Part shown: positions 1-9,813 of the stretch, in pieces | How the letters are laid out: every line of letters begins with the position of its first letter | Numbering within the stretch: the first letter of the stretch is position 1 | Origin: Bdellovibrionota bacterium FG-2 | Lineage (GTDB): Bacteria > Bdellovibrionota > UBA1018 | Length of the DNA stretch: 36,826 bases | NCBI GenBank assembly: GCA_051382305.1 | Contig: JBBCAV010000404.1 | Span: forward strand, 1 to 36,826 | Reading direction: 5' to 3' | Program-made: the position numbers and the translations under genes | The notes under the pieces: model-generated | Told to the model about the DNA's origin: nothing | The model's input: the letters and a program-made list of their open reading frames with translations, nothing else | The model's database searches: none

Positions 1-1
1 G

Positions 2-145
2 TGTAGGTCATCCTGGGAGGTCATCTTCAATAATAAATCTGAAAAACTTCTCTCAGACGGAAAAGCCTTGAGCTACATCAAGAGATCCGAGATACTTAAA
101 TCTGGAAAAAGAAAATCGCAAATCCTTTTGATTGACAATCATTAA
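2..145 (+). CDS. 3' end of an unknown AT-rich ORF entering from outside the window
   Basis: Frame 2 is open from the window edge (CRSSWEVIFNNKSEK...LLIDNH) to TAA at 143-145; no recognisable motif. Confidence 0.3.
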   Translation, partial: CRSSWEVIFNNKSEKLLSDGKALSYIKRSEILKSGKRKSQILLIDNH

Positions 146-234
146 GAGGAAAGATAATCCAAATCACAGAAGTTACACAATCTCAGTTGATCGCAAAAAC
201 ACTTCTTAAACTGTCCAACTATAGCCATTCCACT

Positions 235-993
235 TTAGTTCCAGTGTAGAGACGCCTGTAGCGATACAGGTCCGCTCAAGCCCGTGTGAGTAAAAAGCAG
301 CGCTTCCCTAAACGAAACCACGCCACAGCTGATCTGAGCGTCCAACGAAAGTCCCGCAAATCCTCCGAAACGCCCGACATCAGCTTCAGAAAATACGAAG
401 CCGTCTAGCGCGGGCGCGGCCGTGATGACCGTGTGCCCAAACTGGCGTGCGATTTCATAGCCAAAGCCCGTAGCGCCAGTACGGGGAATTGAAAGACCGC
501 CGGTTGCCACAACCAGTGATCCGCCGCTAAAAGTGCCCGTGGACGTTTGAACCTTAAACGCGCCTTCGGGCTTACGCACGATTGCCATAATCGCAGTCTG
601 CAGAAAAATCTGAACGCCTGCCTCTTTGCACTGGCTCCGCAAATACTCGACAAATTCGCGCGCGGAGCACTTGAAAAATAGCTGTCCCCATTTTCGCTCT
701 TCATAAGGCAGACCCGACTCTTTGACCAGCGCGAGAATCTCGCCGCACCCATAGCGCGAGAGCGCCGATTTGCAGCAATGGGGATTTTGCGAGACGTAGT
801 TCTTGGCGCTGACCCCGAGGTTGGTGAAGTTGCAGCGTCCGCCGCCCGAAATCAAAATTTTGCTCCCAACCTGGACCCCGTGATCCAATAAAGCGACGCT
901 GCGGCCCCTTTTTCCGGCTTCAAGCGCACACATCATTCCCGAAGCGCCTGCGCCCAGGATTATGACGTCAAAATCACTGGCGACCGAATTCAT
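235..993 (-). pseudogene. HI0933/YhiN/BaiN-family NAD(P)/FAD flavoprotein, C-terminally truncated
   Basis: Motifs IILGAGASGMM, KILISGGGRCNFTN, VVATGGLSIP and LLFTHTGLSGP. Stops at about 252 aa and lacks the family's C-terminal GE..D..G..GGYN block. Start placed at ATG 993. Confidence 0.8.
254..270. repeat. One-mismatch copy of the GCCTGTAGCGCTACAGG palindrome
   Basis: gcctgtagcgatacagg, 16/17 identical to the copies at 27077 and 28560; lies in coding sequence (PVSLQA). Confidence 0.45.
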
Positions 994-1000
994 TGCAAAC

Positions 1001-2398
1001 CTACTTTTTGCAACCGGGCGCGGCAAGCGTGCCTGCCTGGATTTGAGCGAGAGCTTTGCGCGCTTCTGCTATCCATAAATGTCGTGAGTCAGTTGCGGCA
1101 AGCTTGTTTAAGATTTTCACTCCTTTGGGGTTACAGATCTTAAAATAGCTGATCCCGAGTCGCGCGCCGATTTCTTCGGCCGTGGAGGTGTCGGCCAAGT
1201 TTTGAGGTTCCAGCCATCGACGGGCTTGGTCCCAGTTTTCGAGCATGAAATAGGCGCGCGCAATCCCCAGCGTCGAAGCGTTTTGAAGCATGGGCTCCTC
1301 GAGATGTTCGGAGTAGACTCGCATGAATTGTTCTAAAGCGCGCCCGGGCTCGCCACTTCCTAAGAGAAGATTTGCCCATTCGTAGCGCACATTGCCCGCG
1401 TCGCCTCCGTAATTGTAGGAGGGTGTCTGAGTCAAAAGAAACTCGTAAATGGGGTGAGCGAGGGCGGACGTTGCGTGGCCGAAACGATATTGATTGGCGA
1501 GCAATCTGAGCGCAAAAAACTCGGGGGGAGTGGGCTGGCCCGTGATGCTTCCGTCGGAGGTAATGCGGACGTCCCGGGATGTGAGGTAAGCTTCAAGTTC
1601 GGCCAAGGCGGTGGCGCGTTTGCCGCTGGTGCGGGTGTCCAACGCGGCTTTGCGGAGGTCTTCTGGAATTTCACTGGCAAGTTGTTTTACCCGTCTTATC
1701 GCGTACTCTTTTGCTTGAGCAAGGAATACCGTTTTTGTAACCCCGGTCGAATCTTGGATTGCAGCGAAGACGTCGGAGCCTTCCAAAACCCTCGCGATAA
1801 CTTGGGTCAGCGCCCCATCTTTTTGATCCAGAAACTCAAACGCCAGGGCGTCCTCAAAATAGTCTCCGAAGCCATGCCTGGGGCTTTCAAGGCCATTGAT
1901 CTGATCCCAGGGCGTTTCTAGATTGGCATAGAGCAGTCGTAGGATTTTTGCATGGGTTTGTTCCGCGAGATACACTGCAGAGCCTTCCCTAAACCAGGTC
2001 GGGATTTTGGAGTAGTTGTTGGGGGAAGAAAAGTTCCTACAATAGGCGTGCACCACTTCGTGGCAAAGCGTTTGCGAGAAGGCTTGGCTGCCAGAAGTGA
2101 AGTACTGCTGTCTGAATGAAATTTCGATATGTCCTGCGTTGCCAAGAGTGGAAGCACTCGCGCGATCGTTAATGTTAGAACCGTTGTCGGTAAGATCAAG
2201 GCTGAGTCCTCGGGTGTTCTCCCATACTTTTCCAAAACGCTGCTCCAGTTTCTCAATACATTGAGGGAGCTCCCTCGACATTTGTGCTCGAAGTGCCTGG
2301 ACCCGCTCAGGGGTTCCAGGAGTCGGAGGAACCAAGGGAAATTCCCCGGGCTTACATCCGACGAGAAAGAGGAGTGTCAAAAAAACTCGAAAACGCAT
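1001..2398 (-). CDS. Lipoprotein with gluzincin/peptidase MA-like domain and C-terminal TPR-like repeats
   Basis: Signal peptide with lipobox LVGC; HEVVH followed by PTWFREG; helical TPR-like C-terminus. Confidence 0.75.
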   Translation of the reverse strand: MRFRVFLTLLFLVGCKPGEFPLVPPTPGTPERVQALRAQMSRELPQCIEKLEQRFGKVWENTRGLSLDLTDNGSNINDRASASTLGNAGHIEISFRQQYFTSGSQAFSQTLCHEVVHAYCRNFSSPNNYSKIPTWFREGSAVYLAEQTHAKILRLLYANLETPWDQINGLESPRHGFGDYFEDALAFEFLDQKDGALTQVIARVLEGSDVFAAIQDSTGVTKTVFLAQAKEYAIRRVKQLASEIPEDLRKAALDTRTSGKRATALAELEAYLTSRDVRITSDGSITGQPTPPEFFALRLLANQYRFGHATSALAHPIYEFLLTQTPSYNYGGDAGNVRYEWANLLLGSGEPGRALEQFMRVYSEHLEEPMLQNASTLGIARAYFMLENWDQARRWLEPQNLADTSTAEEIGARLGISYFKICNPKGVKILNKLAATDSRHLWIAEARKALAQIQAGTLAAPGCKK

Positions 2399-2440
2399 GA
2401 GGGCGCTTATAACATCGTGCGTTAACTAAAGCAAGATCTG

Positions 2441-3571
2441 TTATAAGTCGCTTTTCGTTATATTCGCAAACTTCTGTCTGAGCCACAGCTTGAAAAAGGG
2501 GTCATAAAACTGATACATGCCCTTCGCACTGTACTCGCTGATGAGTTTCTTATTTACGAGAGCGACCAGGGTTTCTTGCACGAATTGGGTTCGCTCCAGA
2601 GTGGATGAGAATTTAATGATTTTATCGACCGGAACATTCTCCTGGGTTGCGATGATAATCAAAACTTTCTTTTGTTGAGCGCTGAGTTCTGAAAAGTCGC
2701 GGTCAAACGACTTTGATCGATCATTGATCAGTTTTTGAATCGCATAATCATGCAGTGTATTGTCGAGATGGGTGACGCGCTTGATTCTCGCTTGGTCAAA
2801 CATTTCGGCCAGAACTCTTTGAACGTCTTCCGTGATTCCGTAGACGCTGCGGTAGAGTTCGGAAAATATTTGCTTATCGAGTTGCCAGCTGCTTCGCAGC
2901 AGTTGGGTGGTGATGAATTTGTAAAAATCATTAATGGGAATAAGCGAGAGGTGAAACCTTTCGGCGGCTCCGTAAAATAGCTCTCCTTGGGTGGCGAAGA
3001 GTTTCTCCATATCGCTACGGACCGAACCTAGGAAAATCACGCGCAAATCCTTCATCCCCTGAAGGAAGTTCCGCAGGGTGTCTCTGAGGTGCTTCTCCCC
3101 GATTTCGCTGATTTCCTGAAACTCGTCCAAAATGAGAACGGGCTGCTTGTTCGTTGTTCTCGTGTCTTTCATGGCGGTCAAAGTCTGAAGGAGAAAATGT
3201 TTAAGCTCGTCTTCGTCCCGTTCCTTGGCGCGTTTAAAATCTTCTCGTAAGTGGCTAAACTTCTCCCTCTGTGTAGCGGTTAATGAAAGGGCGCGATCAA
3301 GCGACATCATCTGGTTAATGAGCGAGCGAAAGGTGGGGGAGTTGCTGAGGTCCACATAGAAACCCGTGAAGGCCTTTGATCTCTTGATGGTCATTCGAAC
3401 GAGCGAGGTCTTTCCGATTCGACGTTCTTCGGCAATGTAGAGGTTGTTCGTGCTCGAGAGAAGTTTGTCCCTGAGTTCTGCGTCTTCTTTTCTTGGACAA
3501 TAAAGCGCTTCTTCTTCAATGGGGGAGCCGGTGATGAATGGGTTAACCCCCCTTCGGTCGTGTTGGGTCAT
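2441..3571 (-). CDS. AAA+/archaeal-type ATPase with C-terminal winged helix
   Basis: NPF..G N-terminus, Walker A-like EERRIGKTS, Walker B LILDEFQ, IFLGS, C-terminal YQFYDPFFKLWL. Confidence 0.8.
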   Translation of the reverse strand: MTQHDRRGVNPFITGSPIEEEALYCPRKEDAELRDKLLSSTNNLYIAEERRIGKTSLVRMTIKRSKAFTGFYVDLSNSPTFRSLINQMMSLDRALSLTATQREKFSHLREDFKRAKERDEDELKHFLLQTLTAMKDTRTTNKQPVLILDEFQEISEIGEKHLRDTLRNFLQGMKDLRVIFLGSVRSDMEKLFATQGELFYGAAERFHLSLIPINDFYKFITTQLLRSSWQLDKQIFSELYRSVYGITEDVQRVLAEMFDQARIKRVTHLDNTLHDYAIQKLINDRSKSFDRDFSELSAQQKKVLIIIATQENVPVDKIIKFSSTLERTQFVQETLVALVNKKLISEYSAKGMYQFYDPFFKLWLRQKFANITKSDL

Positions 3572-3577
3572 ATTTAT

Positions 3578-3605
3578 ATTGTACGATAATAGTGAGAGAT
3601 GTCAA
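3578..3605 (-). promoter_or_regulatory. Sigma70-type promoter for the ATPase gene, probably leaderless
   Basis: Minus strand TTGACA-N16-TACAAT-N6-ATG; no Shine-Dalgarno. Confidence 0.65.
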
Positions 3606-3714
3606 TTAGACCCTATATTTGAAGTGTCATACTCCATAAAAACAGCTAGTTATGATCTATGTGGCTACAGATAGTGCCTGCACTTATGTTTGCAGTTTCA
3701 GCCTGCGCTTAATT

Positions 3715-4548
3715 TCACTCATTCATCCCAATCACGTACGCGACCCACGCGTACGCATTATCGCCCACATCGGTGCGTGCATACTCGCCCGTGCCTTCAC
3801 CCTTGTGGGAGGTTTCCCAGTACACGCAAGTCTTCTTGAAACCCGCATCCATCATCGCGTCGCGGAGTTCGGGGATCCCCCATAATCGCCAATCATAAGT
3901 GAACGCATTTTCAATAAGCCGGCCACTGGGAAACTTGAAATGAATTCCGTAGCGGGCCCGCTGGGTGACTGGGTCAAAGGATTTTTGGTGCCAAATATAG
4001 GTGAATTTTCCGAGTTTCGGATCGTTGATGGTTTTACGCTCCCGCATCGGCATGATCATTCCGGGGCCGCCGGCTAAATCCAAGATGGCCATGCCATTTT
4101 TCTTGATCGATTTGGCGCACACTCTGAGGTAGCGCACGAGCGTTTCACGCTTTTGAAACAGGCTATAAGAAAAATTACACGCAATCAGCACATCCACTTT
4201 GTTCGTGGAGGTCGTGAGCACATCCCCTTCAAGGAGCTTCATGCGCGTTTTCTGCTCCGCAGTGAGCATTGGGATGTGATGTCTTTTTGAATAAGTGAGG
4301 GGTTCTTTGTCTAAATCCACGCCCACCGCGGTGTTTTGCCGGTTGCGCTTGACCCACTCGCAACTGACGCGCGCGGTCCCACAAAAATCCTCGCGCAAGC
4401 TCCGGGGGTAGCGCCCGCGGAGTTCTTTGTAAACCTGGACAAACCACTGAGCGTGGTGCTCTGGGCTTTGAACGGAAGACTCGTAGAGGGCGTACTTTTC
4501 ATATTTGTTGGTGGGTTTATTTGCATGCATTTTGATGACTTTGCTCAC
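3715..4548 (-). CDS. Class I SAM-dependent methyltransferase
   Basis: LREDFCGT motif-I variant, GVDLD, LEGDV, IACNFSY, AFTYDWRLW. Confidence 0.8.
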   Translation of the reverse strand: MSKVIKMHANKPTNKYEKYALYESSVQSPEHHAQWFVQVYKELRGRYPRSLREDFCGTARVSCEWVKRNRQNTAVGVDLDKEPLTYSKRHHIPMLTAEQKTRMKLLEGDVLTTSTNKVDVLIACNFSYSLFQKRETLVRYLRVCAKSIKKNGMAILDLAGGPGMIMPMRERKTINDPKLGKFTYIWHQKSFDPVTQRARYGIHFKFPSGRLIENAFTYDWRLWGIPELRDAMMDAGFKKTCVYWETSHKGEGTGEYARTDVGDNAYAWVAYVIGMNE

Positions 4549-4589
4549 AAAGCGTAGAAATTTCCAAGAAAAAGTAATACGTTTATTAA

Positions 4590-5270
4590 ATGAAAAAACG
4601 AGTCTTGATCACAGGAGCTTCCAGAGGGATTGGTCGCGCGATTGCGGAGCGGTTTGCCAAGGGGGAGGGCGCAGAGGGCGTAGAATTAATTACTCCCGCG
4701 CGCGCCGACTTGGACCTTTCAAATGTTGATTCCGTAAAGGCTTATATCAAAAGCGGGGCCGCCGGAGCGATTGACGTTTTAGTGAACGTAGCGGGGATCA
4801 ACAAAATCAATTCCATCGATAAGATCACATTGGAGGACTGGCAAGAGACCCTCACAACAAATCTCACGTCAGTGTTTGTACTGACCCAAGCGCTGGCGCC
4901 GTCGATGGTCGCCAAAAAATGGGGTCGCATCGTGAATATCAGTTCGCTCTATGGCGTGCTCTCGCGCCCGGGTAGAGCAGCCTATTCGGCCTCAAAGTCA
5001 GGCTTGAACGGGTTTACGCGTGCGGCGGCTTTGGAGTATGGGCCTTACGGAGTGCTCGTGAACTCGGTTTGTCCGGGGTTTGTGGAAACGGAACTGACGC
5101 GAAAAAATAATACGGAAGCCCAACTCAAGGAACTGGCCTCTCAGACCGCGCTAAAACGAATGGCGCAGCCACAAGAGATTGCTGAATTGGTGGCCTTTTT
5201 GTGTTCAGAAAAAAACACCTACCTTACGGGGCAATCGCTGTTGATTGACGGTGGTTTTAGCTGTCAATAA
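4590..5270 (+). CDS. Short-chain dehydrogenase/reductase (FabG-like)
   Basis: TGASRGIG, LVNVAG, IVNISS, YSASK, VCPGFVET, TGQSLLIDGG. Confidence 0.92.
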   Translation: MKKRVLITGASRGIGRAIAERFAKGEGAEGVELITPARADLDLSNVDSVKAYIKSGAAGAIDVLVNVAGINKINSIDKITLEDWQETLTTNLTSVFVLTQALAPSMVAKKWGRIVNISSLYGVLSRPGRAAYSASKSGLNGFTRAAALEYGPYGVLVNSVCPGFVETELTRKNNTEAQLKELASQTALKRMAQPQEIAELVAFLCSEKNTYLTGQSLLIDGGFSCQ

Positions 5271-5284
5271 TTAGGAGAGACGAA

Positions 5285-6355
5285 ATGGAACTGCAAACAC
5301 TACGAATTAAATCAGGCCAAGGGGATTATGAAGTCGAGTTCAAGAAGGAACTTGCGCAAGTGATTGCGGAAGCTCTTAAAACGCCCAAGGCCGTTTGTGT
5401 CATTGATCGAAAAGTTGCAGGTCTTTATCAAGAGCTGCTTAAGCCGCTCACGAGTGAGCTTCCTACTTTTTTTGTGGATGCGACCGAAGAAGAAAAAAGT
5501 ATGGTGGGGCTCACCAAAGTTTTGAGTTGGCTGGGAGAGCAGGGCTGCATGAAGCAAAACCAGGTCATCGCCGTCGGCGGCGGAATCACGCAAGACATCG
5601 TGTCCCTTTCGGCTCATCTTTATTATCGAGGTCTCAAATGGGTGTTTGTGCCTACGACCCTTTTGAGCATGAGCGATAGTTGCATTGGCGCAAAGTGTGG
5701 CGTAAATCTTAATGCGTTTAAGAATCAAGTGGGTTGTTTTCATGCTCCCTCGAGAGTGCTGATTTGCCCCGAATTTACGCGCACTTTAAGTGATGGGGAT
5801 TTGAGTTCGGGCTATGGCGAGATTTTAAAGCTCATGGTCACAGGCTCTCGTGCGAAATTTGAGAGATTCGCGCAGGTGTTGGATGCGCAGGGGATGCGCA
5901 ACTCCAATATTTTGGAGTTTATTTATGAGAGTCTCAAGATTAAGCAAGCGGTCATTGAAGTGGATGAATACGAAAAGGATCTCAGGCGCATTTTGAATTA
6001 CGGCCATACTTTTGGGCACGCGCTTGAGAGTTATTCGCAGTATGAAATCCCGCATGGTCAGGCCGTGGCGTGGGGGATGGATTTGGTCAATTTTATTGCC
6101 ATGAAAAAAGGCCGGCTTTCCGCCCAAAACTATCAGGCGATTCAGGAGTTGATCAAAAAACATTTTCGTTTTTCGATTTCCAAAAAGATCGACGCGAAGG
6201 CTATAATTGCGGGGTCTAAGAAAGACAAGAAGGTTGCGGACGGCCAAGTAAACCTCATTCTTCTCAAAGATTTTGGGACTCTCGAAATCGTAAAGACTCC
6301 GTTTGATGCGTCGCTTGAGGCGTTGATCGAAGAATATGTAGCACTCGGGGGTTGA
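5285..6355 (+). CDS. 3-dehydroquinate synthase family / AroB-related sugar-phosphate cyclase
   Basis: GGGITQD, VPTTLLS, DSCIGAK, KNQVG, LNYGHTFGHALE, PHGQAV; SD AGGAG upstream. Confidence 0.85.
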   Translation: MELQTLRIKSGQGDYEVEFKKELAQVIAEALKTPKAVCVIDRKVAGLYQELLKPLTSELPTFFVDATEEEKSMVGLTKVLSWLGEQGCMKQNQVIAVGGGITQDIVSLSAHLYYRGLKWVFVPTTLLSMSDSCIGAKCGVNLNAFKNQVGCFHAPSRVLICPEFTRTLSDGDLSSGYGEILKLMVTGSRAKFERFAQVLDAQGMRNSNILEFIYESLKIKQAVIEVDEYEKDLRRILNYGHTFGHALESYSQYEIPHGQAVAWGMDLVNFIAMKKGRLSAQNYQAIQELIKKHFRFSISKKIDAKAIIAGSKKDKKVADGQVNLILLKDFGTLEIVKTPFDASLEALIEEYVALGG

Positions 6356-6439
6356 CCTCATCAAAGTTTCGTCATTTAATTTGTTTCTAGAGATGGATTT
6401 TAACCTTGGTCGTTTTTGCTCATATTGGAGGAGCACTTG

Positions 6440-8038
6440 ATGCAATCGAATTTATTGAAACCCCTCTTTGTAGTTGCTGTAACGGCAGCTCTAACGTCAT
6501 TATCGCTTTTTACGACAGGTTGCAGTTCGACTGCAGCGACGCCCGATCCTGCGGCCTCGCCGTCGGCTTCACCTTCACCTGTGGCTTCAGCATCGCCTAC
6601 GGCGGCAGCTGCCGTTTCGGCGCTTGCAGGGGCTTTTCCGACAGGGCTTGCGGTGTCGGCTTTTGCTAATCCTACGTCAGCGACTGCGGTTTCGTTAAAG
6701 AAATTTTTGGGAGAGAAATTCTTTGGGGGGGCGCCTGTTGAAACAGAGTATGATCCTACCAAACAAAACACTTCAGACAAAGCTGCGGATCAACAGGCGC
6801 TCATTGATGGTACGGTGGATACTTGTTTTAGCGCTAATATTTTGCAGAATGTGAAGCCAGGGCAAGATCCGGGGTGTTACATGCCTGATAAGGATATTTT
6901 TGAGGGGCAGGGTGTGGTGTCGGGAGAGGCTTGCTTAGTTTCTTACGCTCGCTATAAAATGACCTCTGCTATTGGTAGGGTCGATCAGGTCGTCAATATG
7001 GTTGGCGCGATGTTTTGTCAGGCGAAAAAATCCAATGCCGATGTGACCCTTCCTGCCATCGGGGCAGAATTGGATTTGAAAACCACGATGGTTGCCGCGG
7101 TGGCTGCAAATACGGCGGTGACGAGCGCTCCCACAATCACCTCAGCAAAGATTACCCGTTTGGCGGATGTGGGGACGCGCCCCGTTTACAAAACTGATTT
7201 GGTCTATACAAATTCGACTCGAACCAGAACCGTTCATCTTGTTAACTCGCCTGGAGATACGGCTGATGAATTTAATGGGACGCTTTGGATTTCAGAGGAA
7301 AACAGCGCAACGCCGGCTGAAAAGAACCATTATATCAGCGTTACTTACGCAAAAACAGGCACGACTTCGGCAACGCAGCGGATTATTTACGAAGTCAGAG
7401 AAGCGGATATTGCGCCTTCTGCAGGCGATCCATTTACGACAGCCGGGCAGTTAGATTATAATGTCAGTGCAGATTTCTCGGTGGCTACAGATCATGTTGC
7501 TTACGGCCAATATCCCGGGCCTGATAATGCTGTGATTTCAGGGTTTAATTATTTGTCATTCAATGTGAATCCCAATACAAATGAAGGGAGTTTTGCTTTT
7601 TGGAATAATCCAGGCCAAAATTACACTGAAAATGCCCGTGGTATGATCTTCAACATTACGGCGACAGCCGATGGGGTATTGAGCGGTTGTGGGGTCTCAG
7701 GTTCTGCAGGGGGACAAATGGGTAGTGGTGCGGTCAGTATTCGTCGTTCAATCAAAGAATCGGCTGCGAATGCGGACATGACCCTCACGCCGCGTGGCTA
7801 TTATCATCCTAACCCTACTGCGACGGGAATAGTGGCAGAACTAAATGGATCTCAATTTCAAAATGGGACGAAGGTCTACAAGCAGTGTTTTGCCCAAAAC
7901 GCGACTTCGGGCCTTTACGAAGTGGCCAATGTCACTGATCTGACGAATAACTTCGATGTGATCGCAACGGCGGCAAATCCAGTTGCTCCGCCTGACATAG
8001 CCGCGGCGACTCCGTTTGAGGTTAACATCAAGGAGTAG
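6440..8038 (+). CDS. Large hypothetical lipoprotein with Pro/Ala/Ser linker
   Basis: GGAGGAG SD before ATG 6440; lipobox TTGC; PAASPSASPSP linker; several cysteines. Confidence 0.75.
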   Translation: MQSNLLKPLFVVAVTAALTSLSLFTTGCSSTAATPDPAASPSASPSPVASASPTAAAAVSALAGAFPTGLAVSAFANPTSATAVSLKKFLGEKFFGGAPVETEYDPTKQNTSDKAADQQALIDGTVDTCFSANILQNVKPGQDPGCYMPDKDIFEGQGVVSGEACLVSYARYKMTSAIGRVDQVVNMVGAMFCQAKKSNADVTLPAIGAELDLKTTMVAAVAANTAVTSAPTITSAKITRLADVGTRPVYKTDLVYTNSTRTRTVHLVNSPGDTADEFNGTLWISEENSATPAEKNHYISVTYAKTGTTSATQRIIYEVREADIAPSAGDPFTTAGQLDYNVSADFSVATDHVAYGQYPGPDNAVISGFNYLSFNVNPNTNEGSFAFWNNPGQNYTENARGMIFNITATADGVLSGCGVSGSAGGQMGSGAVSIRRSIKESAANADMTLTPRGYYHPNPTATGIVAELNGSQFQNGTKVYKQCFAQNATSGLYEVANVTDLTNNFDVIATAANPVAPPDIAAATPFEVNIKE

Positions 8039-8058
8039 TAGCCGAAAAAACAGTTGGA

Positions 8059-8094
8059 ATAAGGGCTCATGGGGGAAACTTCATGGGCCCTTAT
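8059..8094 (+). terminator. Hairpin between the convergent lipoprotein and hipA genes
   Basis: ataagggctcatg-loop-catgggcccttat, 13-bp stem with one G:U pair; no long U-tract on this copy. Confidence 0.65.
8072..8092 (+). repeat. 21-bp direct repeat, left copy
   Basis: ggggaaacttcatgggccctt, identical to 9986-10006. Confidence 0.9.
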
Positions 8095-8181
8095 ATCGAA
8101 TTGCAATTCAAGGGTTGAGCCACAGATGAAAGCATGGCAACACCAAGTTGTAGTGACCACGGAAAAAGAGGATGAGAGGTT

Positions 8182-9465
8182 TTAGATTACTGCTTCGCGC
8201 TCTGAATGCTCAAACGCCGCTTCGAATTGATCGAGTTCGATTGTTGTCATGCCTATGTTTCGGCCCTTTTTTCGCCAGCCAGAAGTGGCTGCTTCGACTT
8301 CTTTCAGGATTTTTTTCGCGCGCGCGGTGGGGATTTTAAAATAGGCCGTAACAGAAAGCAGCGCCTCTAGAGTGGCCTCCGGACCCGTTTCTTCTGATAT
8401 CCAGGTCTTAAGCTCGCGCACGCGGTCTGGAAAAGGATTGAGATCAAACGCTGGAGCGAGTCGCCATTGACCGTGCTCCGCATGCAAGAATCCATGATTA
8501 AGCAAGTGGTCATCCACATTGGTGATCAAAATTGAAAAAGCAATTCGGCGCCAAAGCTCTTCGATATCAGTTTGGGCAGCAGCGCCGTATGTTCGGATGG
8601 CGTCCACGATCTCGGTGTAAGTGTGTTGCGTGGGGTCTGTCGATTCGGCGCCTAGCATTGTTGCGGCTGAAATGTAGGGGGTACGCGCACCATCTTTAGT
8701 GCGATCAAAGCGGCGGATGAGGGCGATACTGGCGCCGTCGCTATCCACAAGGCGCGCAGCTGCGGTGTTGATTCCGGCGTCTGCGGCAAGCTGCATCGCA
8801 AGCACCTCGCCTTTGGTAACCGCGCGCTCGTCTGCAACACTGGGGAACTTGCCGATAGACAAATTACCGTCTGCATCTATGACAGTGCATTTTGGGCGAA
8901 GGCCGCCGAGAGAAGTGCCGCGTCCTCGGAGATAGGCGAGATCGGCTGCGGTCTCTTGATTCATTTCGACTGCACGCGACGCCGCAAGGAGATGGCCGAG
9001 TTCAAGTAAGGGAGGGGTAGTTCGGCTACCCGCTTCTTGTAGATTAGGCGTCCGTTGAAAAATCCCATTTTCATCCTGAAAACGTAGGGCGCCTACGCGG
9101 GTGAAGTCATCGACTGCAAGAAGAAAATCCAAGGTATTTAGAGGCTGTGAATCGGTTTCTTTGCCTGCTTTTTGGTTTGCGAGTCGTCGTTTCGAGTGGT
9201 CTCTGAGAATCACGCGTTTACTCCAGCCATCGGGCTCTGTATCTGCGATTGATCCGTGAAAAACAGAGCCATCTCGAGTTTTCTTGTGAAACTGGGGGCC
9301 GACAACGAGGGGGAGGTTGGGTTCAATGGCAAAACGTTGAGGTGAGGTAATCCAATCCGGTCTATACGCGAACGCTGCGCTCTCGCGCGCACCTTGAGAG
9401 TCGTAGCGAAGGGTTCCTATGCCCTGTGCTTCGTTACCTAAAGAGACTCGAATCGTGCGCTTCAT
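8182..9465 (-). CDS. hipA: HipA-family toxin kinase (type II TA)
   Basis: N-terminal coupled domain (DTEPDGW), SLGGLRPK, IGKFP, IRRFDR, NVDDHLLNHGF, LAPAFDLNP. Confidence 0.93.
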   Translation of the reverse strand: MKRTIRVSLGNEAQGIGTLRYDSQGARESAAFAYRPDWITSPQRFAIEPNLPLVVGPQFHKKTRDGSVFHGSIADTEPDGWSKRVILRDHSKRRLANQKAGKETDSQPLNTLDFLLAVDDFTRVGALRFQDENGIFQRTPNLQEAGSRTTPPLLELGHLLAASRAVEMNQETAADLAYLRGRGTSLGGLRPKCTVIDADGNLSIGKFPSVADERAVTKGEVLAMQLAADAGINTAAARLVDSDGASIALIRRFDRTKDGARTPYISAATMLGAESTDPTQHTYTEIVDAIRTYGAAAQTDIEELWRRIAFSILITNVDDHLLNHGFLHAEHGQWRLAPAFDLNPFPDRVRELKTWISEETGPEATLEALLSVTAYFKIPTARAKKILKEVEAATSGWRKKGRNIGMTTIELDQFEAAFEHSEREAVI

Positions 9466-9475
9466 AGTATGTTTC

Positions 9476-9808
9476 TCATAGAGCCTTAGGTTCTTTTTTT
9501 ACTCTTATTCGCTTCGGCAGTCGTTGTTCATCAAGAAGCAGGCCCTGCTCGTCTTGGCGCGGGTCGACTAGCCGCCCAAATACATCTCCGAGTCCAAGAG
9601 CGAAAAGCACCATGGCATACACCCCGAGTGAGACACTGGGATTGCCTTTTTCGACACGAAGGTAGGTGTTCGGGGAGATTCCCGTTCGTTCGGCCATCAT
9701 CGCGACGGTAAGATTGCGCTTACGACGCGCGATTGCGATATCCGTACCGAATTGCAGGAGGGATCGACGGACGTTTAGCGGGAGAATGTCATGTACGGAA
9801 GAGCGCAT
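9476..9808 (-). CDS. XRE-family HTH antitoxin (HipB-like)
   Basis: IARRKRNLTVAMMAERTGISPNTYLRVEKGNPSVSLG HTH, LPKRIR tail; directly upstream of hipA. ATG 9808 preferred because ATG 9820 overlaps the -10 box. Confidence 0.88.
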   Translation of the reverse strand: MRSSVHDILPLNVRRSLLQFGTDIAIARRKRNLTVAMMAERTGISPNTYLRVEKGNPSVSLGVYAMVLFALGLGDVFGRLVDPRQDEQGLLLDEQRLPKRIRVKKEPKAL

Positions 9809-9813
9809 CTTAG

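Noticed and set aside
213-245. Integron attC or IS3-like end at GTCCAAC / AGTTGGACAG
   Set aside because: There is no matching GTTRRRY arm or partner repeat in the window.
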